Positions 1 through 14,250 of a stretch of DNA of 64,000 nucleotides are shown here, piece by piece; the first letter of the stretch is position 1, and each line of letters starts with the position of its first letter. The position numbers and the translations under genes are program-made. Source of the DNA: Lophium mytilinum (Eukaryota); assembly GCA_010093605.1 (NCBI GenBank), contig MU004189.1, forward strand, positions 937,834 to 1,001,833, given 5' to 3'. The notes under the pieces were generated by a model. It was not told where the DNA came from. It did no database searches and saw only the letters and a program-made list of their open reading frames with translations.

Positions 1-759
1 CAGTCACCCCCGCTGGAATTTATAGAGCCCATCGGACATGGGCCGCAGTTCCACTTTACTCGTCCCCAGTCGAGGAACATCTCGTCGCACCCTTCCAGCG
101 CCTCCGGTCGCGCATGTGCTACTAGCCCTCAAGACTCGGACGACGATGAGGACTCGGACGAAGCCGAGTCCGACCAGCAAGAGCAAAAGCCTCCCCGCAA
201 GGTCGAATATGCAGACTTCGTACTAGAAGAGCTGGAGGAGAGCGACCCGGGTTATGATAGCGAAACTGAAGTAGTGCGGCCGGATCAATTCGAGGACGCG
301 AAAAGTGATGAAGGATTGAACGAACGTTTGGACACCGACACAGGGATAGTTAGCGGCTTCTCGAAGCTGAAGTGCGAAGGGGATTCAAACGACGAAGAGG
401 AACAGAGACGTAGCTACAGGAAGAAGAAAAAGCGTTGGAGTGCCGGAATCTTCAAGCGCAGCCATAGTCAAAGTGTCGGGAGCGATTCGGATATCGAGGA
501 CACCGAGGCTCTTGACGCCCACGATGTTGGTTCCAGCGCCCGCCGGCTGCGCCGCAGGGTCCGTGGACCTATTGATAACCGGTCGTCTTTGATCTTCGAG
601 GATATTCCTAACACGAACATTCTCGAGGTCGAAGAGCCCGAAGAGGGTGGCATTCCTAAAGGGCCACCCTCAATCCCGTCAGATGACGGATTCACTCTCG
701 ACGAACTTCCATTTTGGGTCTTGGAAGATCCCATGGATGTGGATTTGGAATCTTCCTAG
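1..759 (+). CDS. 3' part of acidic, low-complexity hypothetical protein (5' end outside window)
   Basis: Frame 1 is open from base 1 to TAG 757-759. D/E-rich, with a basic RRSYRKKKKRW patch and a C-terminal LPFWVLEDPMDVD. Confidence 0.75.
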   Translation, partial: QSPPLEFIEPIGHGPQFHFTRPQSRNISSHPSSASGRACATSPQDSDDDEDSDEAESDQQEQKPPRKVEYADFVLEELEESDPGYDSETEVVRPDQFEDAKSDEGLNERLDTDTGIVSGFSKLKCEGDSNDEEEQRRSYRKKKKRWSAGIFKRSHSQSVGSDSDIEDTEALDAHDVGSSARRLRRRVRGPIDNRSSLIFEDIPNTNILEVEEPEEGGIPKGPPSIPSDDGFTLDELPFWVLEDPMDVDLESS

Positions 760-1792
760 GGCTGTGGCTTGCTTCCGGTGCTGGCGCCATGATCCTTCCC
801 TGTTTACGCCACGTTGACGCCAGCATCCAATTACCTGCATTTCTTTGAAGCGTTTGCATTTTCTTAGGCTTGGTTTCTGCATTTCTCAGCGAGTCGTCAG
901 CGTCTAGATCTCTGTCATTTATCATCAGTTGTTTTTCCTTCTTAGATGTTGTTGACGCCGACCGTCTCGCCGTCTCGGAAGAGAGTAATCCGAAATCAAT
1001 TTTCCTATTTATATATAGTGCTGACATTCTATATGCCAAGACCTGAGCTTTATTCTGACCTCTGGGCAATACCGTCTAGCTTCACTGCCAGGCTTGGCGT
1101 CGCAGTAAGTGGCAGTACACGACTCCATGCGCCCACAACACGTACTGAAAATTCCCATCCTCAGAACCCGAACTGTCGTATCATGGCGTTATTAGGTTTT
1201 TCGACGCTGTTTGAGATCATTCGGTACATCTTCAAATTTTATAGTTTTGCTAGCGTGACAACTCCCAGGGCTACACCAAACGGCGCTTTCGTTAGACTGC
1301 GATTTGATGTGCCCGCGATAGTAGTTATCTAGCTGTTATAATTAACGTCTTGCGACTACAAAGCTACTAACGGCCGAGAATTCAGTGATCCAGACCCCAC
1401 GATTTGTAAATAAGGCAGTAAATTTAGACTCTGGGCAGTATGTTGAAACATGAAACAATGCGGGCTCAGCAAACCCGGAAGCCGGGTACAATACAGTAAT
1501 AGCCTGATTGCCTAATTCTTATTCTACACAGGGTCCATGGACATCCGCTCTGTGCATTACGAAGATACCCCACTCTCTCCGCAAAGTCTATTTCCGTTGG
1601 ATGATGGCGACAGCTGATAGTGCCTACAGATCATATAAAGCGCCATGCAATGACCTCAAGTAGTCCATCACCTTCACTTCATCAGTACTCGACTACACTT
1701 GCGGCTTTCTCTCCTACCTTATCCCTTTCTCTTTCTTCCCTTTGTCTTCATTTCTTTTCTTAGGATTTCCTTTTAGCAATTCCAAGATCATA

Positions 1793-2705
1793 ATGTCTTT
1801 CTCAATCACCAAGATCCTCGTCGCGGCCCTAGCACTTGGTGCCGCCTCAGCCCTTCCAACAGAGTCGAAGTCTACGAACGCAAACTGGCAGCGGTCCGAT
1901 AATTCTACCCCTCCTGCCGTTGTCGACAATACCCAGCTGCTCATCGATATCGTGCAAGCTCCAACGGCAATCAAGAAGTTCCAGAAGATCTTGACGGTTG
2001 ACGGCGCAGGGAAGGAACTCTTATCCGGGGACGCTTTGAAGGCGCGTGTGGTTTTCGACTTCAACGGTGCTACGCCGGCGCTCGGTGCCACTGGTAAATG
2101 ACGATGAATCCATCGGAATAGCAGTCAGACTCACAATTCACTAGGGGGTGCACTCAAAGCCGCCAACGGCGAAACGTTCCCGGTCAGCAAAGGTCTCGGG
2201 ATCTCAACCACCCTCGGCTTCCTCGAGCCATGCGGCTTGAACACGTAAGACCCGCCATCTCTCCCTATATCTGATATTGTTCTGATATCAGTGTAGCCCC
2301 CATATCCACCCCCGTGCCACCGAGTTCCTCACCGTGGTCGAAGGCGAACTCATCTCCGGCATGGTTCTCGAAAACAACCTCGTCACAGGCGACAAACAAG
2401 AGATCACCACCGACCTCCACCAGTTCCAAGGCACCGTCTTCCCGCAAGGCAGTTTCCACTACCAATTTAACCCCTCTTGTGACAACAAGGCCACCTTCGT
2501 TGCTGCTTTGAACTCCGATGACCCAGGCACCACCCAGATCGCCCAGAACGCCTTCCTCCTCGACCCAGATGTCGTCTTGGATGCTGGTGGAATCCTCCCG
2601 GATAAGATCAGCGCCGAAGACTTCGAGAAGTTCCGCAAGGCGCTGCCGGTGAATGTCGCTACGGCTATTAATGCGTGCAAGGTTAAGTGTGGTATGTCCT
2701 ATTAA
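1793..2705 (+). CDS. Secreted spherulin-1/germin-like cupin (3 exons)
   Basis: Signal peptide MSFSITKILVAALALGAASA. GT-AG introns 2094-2144 and 2245-2296 join to give the germin box CGLNTPHIHPRATEF..VEG and FPQGSFHYQFN. Confidence 0.92.
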
Positions 2706-3044
2706 GGGAGTGGGCTGAGGGCAGTGGTAATATGGGGGTTGATTGGAAAGGGCATTTGATCTGGTCTTGTTTTGCATTGCGATGGCGTTTTGATCTTTGA
2801 TTTTTGCGGTTTTGATGAGTATAAACTTTCTTGACAGTCTTTACCTAGAATTATATTGACTCCAGTATACACTTGGAGTGGATTCAGCACAGGATCCGCG
2901 AAAAAGCGTGAGAATGCAATCATGTTTTCTGCGATCTTGACGAACGTAATCCCTGCCTGCCAGCCCTTACCTAAAATCCCATTCAGGCCTGTACTCCGCT
3001 TTGTTGTTACGATATTCAATCAGTAGTGGCGAGGAGCAGAGCCT

Positions 3045-3054
3045 GTCACGTGAC
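3045..3054. promoter_or_regulatory. Palindromic E-box GTCACGTGAC upstream of UGGT
   Basis: Perfect 10-bp palindrome about 330 bp 5' of the ATG. A similar GTCACGTGA lies at 43103-43111 upstream of RPL18. Matches the bHLH (Cbf1-type) consensus; function is not shown. Confidence 0.35.
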
Positions 3055-3386
3055 GCGGAGTTTGGCGTCATATCCGCGTTGGAGCAAACACTGTGTACGA
3101 ATACCTACATGCATAATCGAGACAACCTGCATAGTCAGTTGATTCGCGTCGTTGAATTAGACCCATAAGATCGATCGTCTCCAATTCCTGTGCTCCTTTT
3201 GTTTGCAGATATATCCCAAAATGCAGCCTTGAAGCTTCACAGGGCGCTCTAAACGACAAGCTATACGTTGCAACTCCTTGATCCTAGAGCTGACCAACGA
3301 CACCACATCCGCCATTCACGAATAGTGAAACTTACTGAGGAACTGGTTCAAGTATAGTCCCAGCTCAATTGAGCACTACAACGACC

Positions 3387-6300
3387 ATGGGAGCAATTCG
3401 GAAGTCTCTGCCGGTAAAGGCCCTGTTCTTCCTTGGTGCCCTGCAACCTCTGTGCGCAGCCGCAAGCTCAGGAATCAATGTCGCATTGACAGCCTCTTTC
3501 GACTCATCTCCCTACCTCGTAGAGCTATTGTAAGTTGCAGCAGAAACTCCGAGAGAATGTGTCTAACAAGACGCAGAGAAACGGCAGCAGAGGAGAACGC
3601 AACCGCCTACTTCCCCATTCTCGATCGCATTGCTGAAGGTTACTTCGAACAATCCAAAACCTCTCAAGACCTCTACATTAGGTTTCTCGACCTCCTCCAA
3701 AATGACGGGCACATTACAGATCCGGAAACCCTCTCGTCGTTTCAATTCGCCCTCTCAGTGCACTCGGCCGCTCCACGTATAGAAGCACATTACCAATATT
3801 ACAACACGTCGGTGGAACCAAAATCAGAGAAAATAGCAGGATCTAATGCTTGGATTCAATTTCATGGCAAACAATATAGTACTCCGCAAATGGACGAGGC
3901 GCAGGACGCTTCGGAGAAGTCTTGGTTCGTGGATGCTGTCCAAATATGAACATAGGGATACTGACCGCAACTAGGGTTCCCGAGTTACCTTTTGACCGTG
4001 TTCTCGGTGACCTTTCAAATCCTCTCCAAGCGATTTTGTATGCCGATATAACGACGCCTAATTTTGCCAAATTCCACAAATCAAGCAGCCAAAGAGCGAG
4101 GGTCGGTGAAATTTCGTATCGTGTTCGTCACAAAACAAGTACATTGGGCCCCAGGTCACCACTCGTGGTCAGCGGTTATGGCGTAGAACTCGCGCTCAAG
4201 CGCACTGACTACATTGTCATCGACGACCGACCTGCGGAACAAGCGGCAGAAAAAGGCGCTCAAAAACCTCTTCAGGGTGAACTTCACGACGAAGACGAAA
4301 TCACTGATTTAAAGCCATTGTCTGCGTCCGAGCTGCGTTTGCTAGGTAGTAATGCTGCAAGTTTCGTTTTGAACAGCGAACAGCCTCTGGATACTCTTCT
4401 GAAACTATCACAAGACTTCCCTAAGCATTCTTCATCCATCTCCAGTCATAATGCATCCGCAGAATTCCTTGCTGAGCACAAAAGTAATCGTGAGCAGCTA
4501 CTTCCGGCTGGCTATAACGTCATTTGGATCAACGGCGTGCAAGTCAACGCTCGCGATGTTGACGCATTTTCGCTCCTCGCACACCTGAGGCGAGAGCGGA
4601 AGCTGATCAACGGGATCCGTAAGCTTGGCTTCTCTGGATCAGAGGCCATCAACTTGTTGTCGCATTCTGCCATTACGGAGTCCCATATCGACGATGAGCC
4701 ACAGCGGTACGATTTCCGGGATGAGATAGAAGGCGGTAACGTCATCATCTGGTTGAACGATGTTGAAAAGGACAAGAGGTATCAGGATTGGCCTACGAGC
4801 ATCGCTGCTGTAAGTTCTACGCTCGCTTCCTCCTGCTCTTTGGGCTCATATTTCAAAGCTTCTTCAACGCGGATATCCCGGACAACTTCCGTCTGTGAGA
4901 CGGGACATCCACAATGCTATCGTTCCTACCGACTTCTCAAATGGTAAAGATGTTGCCATGGTGGTTGATACTATTCAAAGTCTGATCAAGAGGACATTTC
5001 CGATCCGATGGGGCTTGGTACCCGCCACGAATTCTCCAGGTGCAATTGCACAAGCCAAGGTGGTGTGCCATCTTCACCAGAACTACGGACTCTCTGCCGT
5101 CATGGTGTATTTGCAAGCTGTAAGCTTTATGATCCTTATGCAAACCGAATCATACTAATCTATTCAGTCCGCGAATCATAATAAACTATCATACCCAGAC
5201 AAGGCCACATTTGAAGCAACTATCAAGAACCACAGCCTCCGTAAGGATCACGAACTGCTCCAATTAGAAGAGGTCCTCGATTCGGACCAAGCAGAACCAC
5301 GATTGGCAGGCGCTGGCCAGTATTTGGCGAGGCTCGCTTCGAATGGCGCCAATCCACCGCTCTTCTTCAACGGAGTGCCTATCATACGCAATGACGATTG
5401 GTTGCAGTCTGTGGCTCAGAGAGCTAGTGGAGACCACCGGTCTCTCCAAAAGGATGTCTTTGAAGACCTCTTTAATGAGGACTCTTGGCTGCCCTCAAAG
5501 TTCCTAGTACAAGCTGCCTTGAAACGAAACCCCTTGATCATCCCGGAGAATGAGAAGGAGATCAAATTTGTTGATTTGAGCAAACTCGATACGCTTGATG
5601 CCGACGTATTCCAAACTCTCCCTCGCTTTAGCGTTGCACATGTGGCGGACGTGGAACAGTGGGCTTACTTGATAGTCGTTGCGGACTTTGACAGCAGTGC
5701 GGGCCTACGCTTGTTTTTCCAGGCGATGGAATTCCGTCAATCTCACGAAAGCGCCGAGGTCGTGTTCATCCATAGTTCTCGCGCTCCTGTCGAAACAACA
5801 GGCTTTGCCAGTCGTCTCTACTATGCAGCTCAGCAAGAAAGGCCGCTTGAATATGCGGCCGCAGAACCGGTACCGGATGACCAAGAGGGCCATTCACAGG
5901 CATATTGGGACGCTGTCTCGCCTCTAATTGCTTCATTCAATCTCAAGCCAGGCGAGAGCTATGTAGTTATCAACGGCCGACTAGTTGGACCCATAGCAGA
6001 GGACCAAGAGTTCGACAAGGACGATTACGCTGCGCTCCTAGCGTATGAGATGAGGAAGCGGATCGGACCTGCTACCAAGGCATCCCAATTGCTCGGACTC
6101 ACCGAAAACATTCAGTCCCCATTCGTGGCCGCAAAGCTATCTTCTTTGATCTCTACCTCTACTATTTCGGATGTCCCGGAAGGTATATTCGAAGCTGCCC
6201 CATCCGTGCGTACGGATATCTTCAACCGCTGGAACTCGTCCCATACCGTTATCACCAAAGGAGACTTTGACAATGCGATCATACAGGTTGTCGCGTCCAT

Positions 6301-8089
6301 AGATCCGGCGTCCGAAGTTGCACAACGATGGATCCCGATCTTGAAGGTTCTCTCTGAACTTAACGGTGTTCATCTCCGATTGTATTTGAACCCAAAAAAT
6401 ACACTGGAGGAACTGCCGGTGAAACGCTTTTACCGTTACGTCCTGGAATCAAAGCCAACGTTTGATGACAATGGCTCGTTACGCAATCTCCGAGCCAAAT
6501 TCAATGGAGTCCCGGCAGACGCACTTCTAAATCTAGGCATGGACGTCCCTCCGTCGTGGCTTGTTGCACCAAGGGAATGCGTGCAAGATCTTGACAACAT
6601 CAAATTGAGCTCTCTGAAAGATCAGGGCGATATCGAAGCTATCTACGAACTGGAAAATATCCTAATCGAGGGTCATTCTCGGGATGTCACGAATGGGGCC
6701 CCTCCAAGAGGAGCAGAGTTGGTTTTGGGGACGCAGAAGAATCCCCATTTTGCTGACACAATCATCATGGCCAATTTGGGATATTTCCAGTTCAAGGCGA
6801 ACCCCGGATTTTTCAAGATCCAACTCAAGGCTGGCCGGAGTCGGGAAATCTTCAAGATTGATAGTGCGGGGACCAAAGGGTACGGCCCCCAGACCGGAGA
6901 CGACACTACCGAAATTGCCTTGATGAGCTTCCAGGGCACAACTCTGTTTCCTCGTCTATCTAAGAAACCAGGCCAGGAAACAGAAGACGTCCTGGCAGAC
7001 CCGATCGATCTCGCTTCTGATATTGCAGCGACAGGAGCCCAACTGGCCAACAAGGTTCTTTCCAAAGTCGGCTTATCTGGCGTAGACGCTGGCAAGGCTA
7101 TTTCCAAAGGTTCGAAATGGTGGTCCTCTATACGTTCGAGCACCGGACTAACTACTGATACCGAATCAGGAGGTCAAGCTGACATCAACATCTTCTCCGT
7201 TGCAAGTGGCCACTTGTATGAGCGCATGCTGAATATCATGATGCTGAGCGTCATGAAACACACCAAGCACACCGTCAAGTTCTGGTTTATCGAACAATTC
7301 CTGTCTCCCTCGTTCAAGTCCTTTCTCCCAACCATGGCCGCCGAATACGGATTTGAGTATGAGATGGTCACCTACAAATGGCCGCACTGGCTTCGGGGAC
7401 AGAAGGAAAAGCAACGCGAGATCTGGGGCTACAAGATTCTCTTCCTCGACGTGCTTTTCCCGCTAGATCTAGACAAAGTCATCTTCGTAGACGCCGACCA
7501 GATCGTCCGGACCGACATGTACGAGCTCGTCACGCACGACCTCAAAGGCGCGCCCTACGGCTTCACACCAATGTGCGACAGCCGGACCGAGATGGAGGGT
7601 TTCAGGTTCTGGAAGCAGGGGTACTGGAAGAACTTCCTTCGCGGCCTACCTTACCACATCAGCGCACTTTACGTCGTCGATTTGAAGCGGTTTCGCCAAA
7701 TCGCCGCTGGCGATCGCCTTCGGCAGCAGTATCACCAGCTGTCTGCGGACCCCGCTAGTTTGAGTAATTTGGACCAGGACCTTCCCAACAACATGCAGAT
7801 GCAGCTTCCTATCCATAGTCTGCCGCAGGAGTGGCTTTGGTGCGAGACGTGGTGTAGCGATGAGAGTCTGAAGGATGCGAAGACGATTGATCTATGCAAC
7901 AACCCGGAGACGAAGGAACCGAAACTGGATCGGGCGAGACGGCAGGTGCCGGAGTGGACGGTCTATGATGATGAGGTTGCTGCGCTTGCGAGACGAGCGA
8001 AGGCGGGAGATGCATCTCAGAGCGGAACAGAACAGAGCACGGCATCTGGAGACGAAGGGACGACGACGAGGATCAAGGATGAGTTGTAG
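3387..8089 (+). CDS. KRE5: UDP-glucose:glycoprotein glucosyltransferase (UGGT), multi-exon
   Basis: Signal peptide; SGYGVELALKRTDY; GT24 domain motifs INIFSVASGHLYER, WGYKILFLDVLFP, FVDADQ, NLDQDLPN; C-terminal KDEL. Short introns link ORFs 3452, 3922, 4895 and 5303. Confidence 0.97.
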
Positions 8090-8487
8090 AAGGTAGAAAA
8101 TGGAACAGCGGCGTATTGTTGGAGTAACTAGGATATGTAGCGACGTTTGGTATGAGTTGTATGATTAAACTTATGTAACCTGTCAGCAAGCATGAGCGGA
8201 CCGGCTTGGACGATATGCACGCACAGTCAAAAATATTCTCCATTAGTCACGTAGCCGGCGCGTGATACGTCTGCTATCCCTGCGTAGTCGCAAGCTCGCA
8301 CGGGTGGCTTGGTGGCCAATGACGAAAGTGGATTGAGCCATTTAACGCCCTAGCACTACTCAGCAATAGCGAGCGGATTTTTTCCGCACTAAGTTTTAGG
8401 TATAAGTGAGATTCGCTCTCAGAGTATAGAGCTGGCGTAACGCGGTTTTTTGTTTTCTATTTTCCTTTTTCTTCAGTCTCAGCAGTC

Positions 8488-10206
8488 ATGTCTCGTACTT
8501 CAGTAGAGTTGGCGCCGTTTTCTACGTTTGTCTCAAATCCTTCTACTCAATCGCTGCACGGTGAACGGCATGAAGACCCGCCGCCTCAAAATGAGACCAC
8601 TGCTACCGAGCCAGCGAGCAAGGAAGATGTTTCTAAAGGAACGACAGCTGTCGTGATAGCTTCGGTGACTTGCGTTACGGCTGTTAGCACTCTCCTCGCC
8701 GGTCTCGTGACCGTGGGACTTCCTACAATGGCGAAGGATGTGAACCTAGATCCAAGCTTACTACTTTGGTATGTCATACAATTTTGTTTTTTAATCTATA
8801 TTTCTCAATGCATAATATAGTAAGCTAACACCAATATAGGCCTGTCTCCATTTACGCCTTAACATGCGGTTGCACCCTCCTAATCCTAGGCTCTGTCACA
8901 GATGTCGTCGGATCCCGCATCATGTATCTGATCGGCTGTCTCCTGCAATCCGCCTTCACGCTCGCGTGCGGCCTGTCTCGGACCGGGACGCAGCTGATTG
9001 TGTTTCGAGCGCTCGCTGGCGTAGCTATCTCCTTCTGTCTCCCGTCTGCAGTCAGCATTATCACCAGCACCTTTCCGGAAGGAAAGAGGCGGAATATTGC
9101 TTTCGCGTCTATGGGAGGCGGCCAGCCGATCGGCTTTTCTTTAGGATTGACGCTGGGAGGTGTGCTCTCTGACTCTATCGGATGGCGATGGGGCTTCTAC
9201 ATCGCCGCGATCATCAACACGGTCATCTTTGGATTGGCCGTGTATGGATTGCCTAGGAACATCGACTCGCAGGAACCGATCACGTGGACGCGGTTGTCGA
9301 GTGACATCGACTGGATCGGCGCTTTCATCTCCAGCATATCCCTCGCCATGCTGTCCTACGCCTTCGCGTAAGTTTCTCCTGCCCTAGAGCCTATCCACAT
9401 CCACTAACCCCCCTCCCAGCTCCATCACCGGCAACTCCTCTAACATCCGCCACCCCCTCACCCTCTCCACCCTCCTCATCTCCCTCGCCCTAATCCCCCT
9501 CTTCATCTTCTGGGTCGGCCGCCAAGAGCGCCTCCGCCGCCCCGCCATCATCCCCAACTCTCTGTGGCGCAACCGCACCTTCACCTCTATCTGCCTCGCC
9601 GTCTTCCTAACCTGGGGCGCCTTCAACGCCGTCGAAAGCATGCTCACCCTCTTCTTCCAGTACGTGCAGGAAATCTCCCCGATCCAAACGTCCATCCGCT
9701 TCCTGCCCGCCCCCTTCTCCGGCGCGCTGTCCAACATCGTTATGGGCCTCATCGTGCACCGCGTGCGCGCCGACTGGGCCGTCGCCGTCGGCACCGCCAT
9801 CGCCTGCCTCTCGCCGCTGCTGATGGCGCTCGCCGACCCCGGCTGGAGCTACTGGGCGTGCGAGTTCGTGGCTGTGTTGCTGAGCCCCGTCGGCGCGGAT
9901 GTGCTGTTCACGATCTCGAATTTGTTGATTACGAGCGTGTTTCCGGCGAAGACGCAGGCGCTGGCAGGGGGCGTGTTTAATACGGTGGCGCAGATCGGGA
10001 AGAGTGTCGGGCTGGCGACGGCGGCGGTGGTGGCGAGTAGTGTGACGGCGAGGTCGGGGTTGGCTGGTGAGGGGGAGCGGCCGAGGGCGCTGATGGAGGG
10101 GTATAGGGCGACGTTTTGGTATTGTTTTGCGTTGTGTTTGGCGACGCTGCTGGTGGCGTTGGTGGGGTTGAGAAAGATTGGGCGCGTTGGAGTGAAGAGG
10201 GAGTAG
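8488..10206 (+). CDS. MFS drug:H+ antiporter-type (DHA2-like) transporter, 3 exons
   Basis: Many TM helices; motifs GSVTDVVGSR, FRALAG, GWRWGFY, QALAGGVFNTVAQIG; introns near 8770-8839 and 9368-9419. Confidence 0.92.
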
Positions 10207-10488
10207 ACGTGGTTGTTTTGGTGTCTGTAGAGTGCGTTGGAGGTCGTGTATATAAGTGGCATAGTAGACTGTTCGTGTATATATCTGGAAACTCGATGAC
10301 CTTTCACGTGTTTCTGAGCTGTGATGAGCTGAGACTGTGAAAGATACTCGAGAGATTTGAACCATCCCAATGCATTAGTCTATAGGTATTCCCGTGATTC
10401 GTTAGTGAAACGCTTCATTCTAATCCAAACGCCGGCCCTGGCCAGCAGATGCAGTGCTAGCAATATCAGCATACCAATTCCGTTACCG

Positions 10489-12479
10489 CTAGTCGTCAGA
10501 TATCTTGACTTTCTCAGCGTACTCGAGGATGTTGGAAACGACCTTCTCTTCGATCAGCTCGCCTCGGCCACCTGCAACTCGCAGAATTAGGTCGTTGAGA
10601 GAGGAGCGGCCGAGTATGTCGACGTGGTCACCTGTATGGAAAGATCAGCCCTTTATTCTCATAGATTAATGTAGGGGGATTCTCAACGAGCAAGAATTAT
10701 ACTGACCAGTGTTCGGCCCACCCCTAGGCGAAAACCTATCCGGCTCATCCGGCATCTCATGGGTTATGATCTGTACGCCCGCGGGATTGTACCGCTTCAT
10801 CTTCCAGCCTTTATTGCACATGTATCCAGTACTAAGCAGATTCACGGTCCCGTCTCCTTCGCCCATGACAACGCCATGATCAGTAGCGCCGTTCGTGTAA
10901 GAAGTGTCAATGGTTACGTTCGTCTGCGTTAGTGGGTCTAGATCGTCTTTGTAATAATACGCGCGCTCTGTATCTTTGCCTACGCCATAGAAACAATAAA
11001 TCTTCAAGTGCGGGGCGAGGGGTAGACGAGTCTCGAGTGGGTTAACCCATTTGGCGGGTATCATTTGGTTGTGTTCCACTTCGCGTTTGGTATGTGCGAC
11101 GCCAAGGGAGTAGCTGTGCAGGACCATGTCTTTGTACCAGTCCTCGGTATGGTTGAAGAGGTACGGTATTGACTGCGAAACGGTGATGTTTCTCTTCGTA
11201 TGGGTCGAATTGTTGTTTCTGAAGCGGATGAAATTTCCGTAAGTGACGTTCTGCCCTGGTCGATCGTCGGGGGCGCCGTTCTCGTCTCCCCAGACTTCAT
11301 TACCGCCCATAGGCAACATGCTCGAGATTCCGGGCATCGATCGGAATATCTCGGCTCGTTCGTGACGCGAGAGGAACTTCTCGAGTCCGTAAACGGCGAA
11401 AGCGTTGAGCTGGGCGGTGTCTTTCATTTCCCCGGATAGAACTGCGGGGATGCCTTTCATAGCTCCAAGCATACATCCACTGATGTTGATCCATGAGTCT
11501 ACATGGTCGTCCACCCATGATTTTCCACCGTCCCCATAGCCTTTCGCTTCAACCCAGTGGAAGAAGTAGTAAAGAACTTGGGAGCCCATGGAATGCGAGA
11601 GGAGCACCACCTTTTTGTCTGATACTTTAACTGCGGTTTCAATATGCGCCTTTAGACGGGTATAGTACTGGTCCCGGACCTCGTAGTTGGCGTATGATAG
11701 ACGCCAATCATAGGCAGCGGTAAACGCGTTTGTCGGATCGTATCCAATCGTCGCCAGATTTTCCAAGATCTTGTTCCATATCCAGTATCCGGTGATGAAA
11801 AAGTCGGTCGCGTCAAATCCCTGAGCAGCGCGAAGCTTTATGCCTGGAGGGTCCAGTCCTGTTATTTTATCCAGCATGATATGTCGTTTCCAGCTAGCTT
11901 TGTCCAGCACCAGTGACCGCATCATGGTCCAGGATCCCCATAGTCTTTTTCGAAAGTACTGTCGCGACGCCTCTTCTGTGCCCCAGCTCTCCAATCCCGT
12001 AGATATAACCCCGGGTATCATAATGACGGGATGGTTCGCCTTGATCCCTTCGCTGCGCGCATGTAAACCAACGGCGAAAGAATCGTAATTAACCGCGGCT
12101 TTTTCGTGTTTCTACAGAAACATCAGCTTGGTCCACGCTTCCACCGGAAGTCACCGACCTGCATTTCCTGCGCATCCCTAACCAACCCGGCTGGTAAAGC
12201 CTCAAGTATCGAATCCATGTTCAAGTCGGCCAGCGAAGACAAATCGATCATATCGTTACTCCCAGCGAAAAAGGCCGCGACGGCAATGCCGAAGAGGCCT
12301 CCCAGTCCAAACACCCACGCATTCCGTCTCTTGGTATTCCGACCTTTCTTCAGATTGTGTAGTTTCTCCGCCGATATGACTTTCATAAGGTTCGGGTTGC
12401 TCGGATCTGGTGTAGACTCTCTCGAGGGCTCGGTGGTGGAGTCGCCGCCAAAGCCTAGGCGGCGGCGAAGGGAAGACAT
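10489..12479 (-). CDS. LRO1: Phospholipid:diacylglycerol acyltransferase (LCAT family)
   Basis: N-terminal TM helix; HPVIMIPGVISTGLESW; lipase motif SHSMG; GEGDGTV; last exon DHVDILGRSSLN. Two introns. Confidence 0.96.
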
Positions 12480-12885
12480 GGCGTTGCGGAGGATAGGTGA
12501 GGGAGAGAGAGGTGCTCGGGGAAATCTGTTGTTTTCATGGTTACGAGCATTCATGTGAAAGGATCAGCGTCATACCCTTGGCAATTTTAATCGCAAGGCT
12601 GTCTCAGATTAGACCGTATCTAGCCCCCAGCCCCCACCAAGGCGGAATTTATATATCAATTCTCGATCTTGTTGACTCTGCAAAGTATATACATTTGTGT
12701 ACAACGATTTGAAGTACCTCTACACCTTTGAAGCTAGCTGCATAAACGAGCGGTACTCTGGTAGTTTCGAATGACTCGTAAATCACCTGTTGATCGGTAC
12801 CTGGAGGCTTGTGCACGCCAGAACTCCCCCACCAAAGCCACTCTATCTCACCCGTACCACCTCCTCGACTGCTACATACAACGGT

Positions 12886-13605
12886 ATGAGCAACAACGAT
12901 GCTCCGCCCGACACCGCCGACCTGCAATATGTGCAGTATGAAGGCTCCAAGGAAGCGACCTACCTCCCCGCCATCCGCCAGCTGATCTCTAAGGACCTCT
13001 CCGAGCCCTACAGCATCTATGTATACCGATACTTCCTCTACCAATGGGGCGAGTTATGCTACATGGTACTATCTCAGCCCGCCCATGGCTCTCTGATGAA
13101 TGGAACCGCAAAGTTCTGACTCGCTCCGCAGGCCCTGGAATCCACCAGCCTCATCGGCGTCGTCGTATGCAAGCTTGAGCACCACCGCAGTGGTACCTTT
13201 CGCGGATATATCGCTATGCTGGCAGTACAAGAAACTCACAGGGGAAAGGGCATAGCTACGAAGCTCGTGAGCATGGCGATTGACGCCATGACTGCCCGAA
13301 ATGCCGACGAGGTACTACAACCCACCACCTTATACCCCTGGCGGACTGTACTGAGTCTCTCTTAGATCGTCCTCGAAACTGAAGTCACGAATACGGCTTC
13401 CCTAAAGCTTTACGAGCGCCTCGGCTTCCTACGCAGCAAGCGCTTGCACCGCTACTATCTGAACGGCAACACGGCCTTTCGCCTGATCCTCTATCTGAAA
13501 CCCGGTACAGCAACAAAAGGCGCACAGCAGCTGGGCGATTCTGGAGAAATGCCGCCGCAACAGCATCTTGAGCCTGGGTATGGCCCTAGTGTTGCGCCAG
13601 TATGA
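12886..13605 (+). CDS. MAK3: N-terminal acetyltransferase C catalytic subunit (GNAT), 3 exons
   Basis: [47 protein letters not shown]. Divergent from LRO1. Confidence 0.96.
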
Positions 13606-14156
13606 GTAGGCCGAGATATCTCGTGATTTGACAATGATTCACAGACGTCGGAGGAGCGATTGCATGACTTGAGATATACCCAGCATTGCATTTTTGGCGT
13701 TGAGGCATTTAGGAGCGAGAATATGATACGTTTTTAGGGACAATGAACAACTCTACAGTTTCAGCCAACCACAGGCATGACGAACTACCAGCGACGATAC
13801 GCTCTTGAACAGCACCACCGTGGAATACTATTTCTTACCTGAATGCGAGACAAGCATCTGCTTCCTTCTTTGATGATTGTTGAAAGGGGGAATGCAATTT
13901 CACAAAGTAGCGACGCGTGAGCTTCAGCAACACTGATCAATCAACTGACCAGCCAACCCTTCACTTTAATCAAAAGAAATCAGCTCTCCGAGCAGTCTTA
14001 GCCCGTCGAACTTCGAAACACAACAGCCAAACAAAAATGTCGCTATCGGGCATGCCTGTGCCGCGTTCTCCTTCTCCACGAGCTCAAAAAGAATGCTGAA
14101 CACCCCATTCACCACACCACTCTGTAGGCTAACCCAAAAGCAAAAGAAACTTTGCA

Positions 14157-14250
14157 TGGACTTGCTGGGAATCGAACCCAGGACCTTTCCCAGACGGTAC
14201 GCAGTGCTATGCAATGCTAAGGGAAAATTATACCACTAAACCACAAGCCC
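14157..14250 (-). tRNA. tRNA-Ala(AGC) with a 22-nt intron
   Basis: Reverse complement reads GGGCTTG-TGGTTTAGTGGTA...TTCCC-TTAGCA-[intron]-TGGGAA...GGTTCGATTCC-CAAGTCCA. A and B boxes present; G3:U70 alanine identity pair. Confidence 0.95.

Noticed and set aside
9384..10370. Long antisense ORFs over the MFS gene (similar shadows over UGGT, glfA and RQC2)
   Set aside because: Explained by codon bias of the sense gene.
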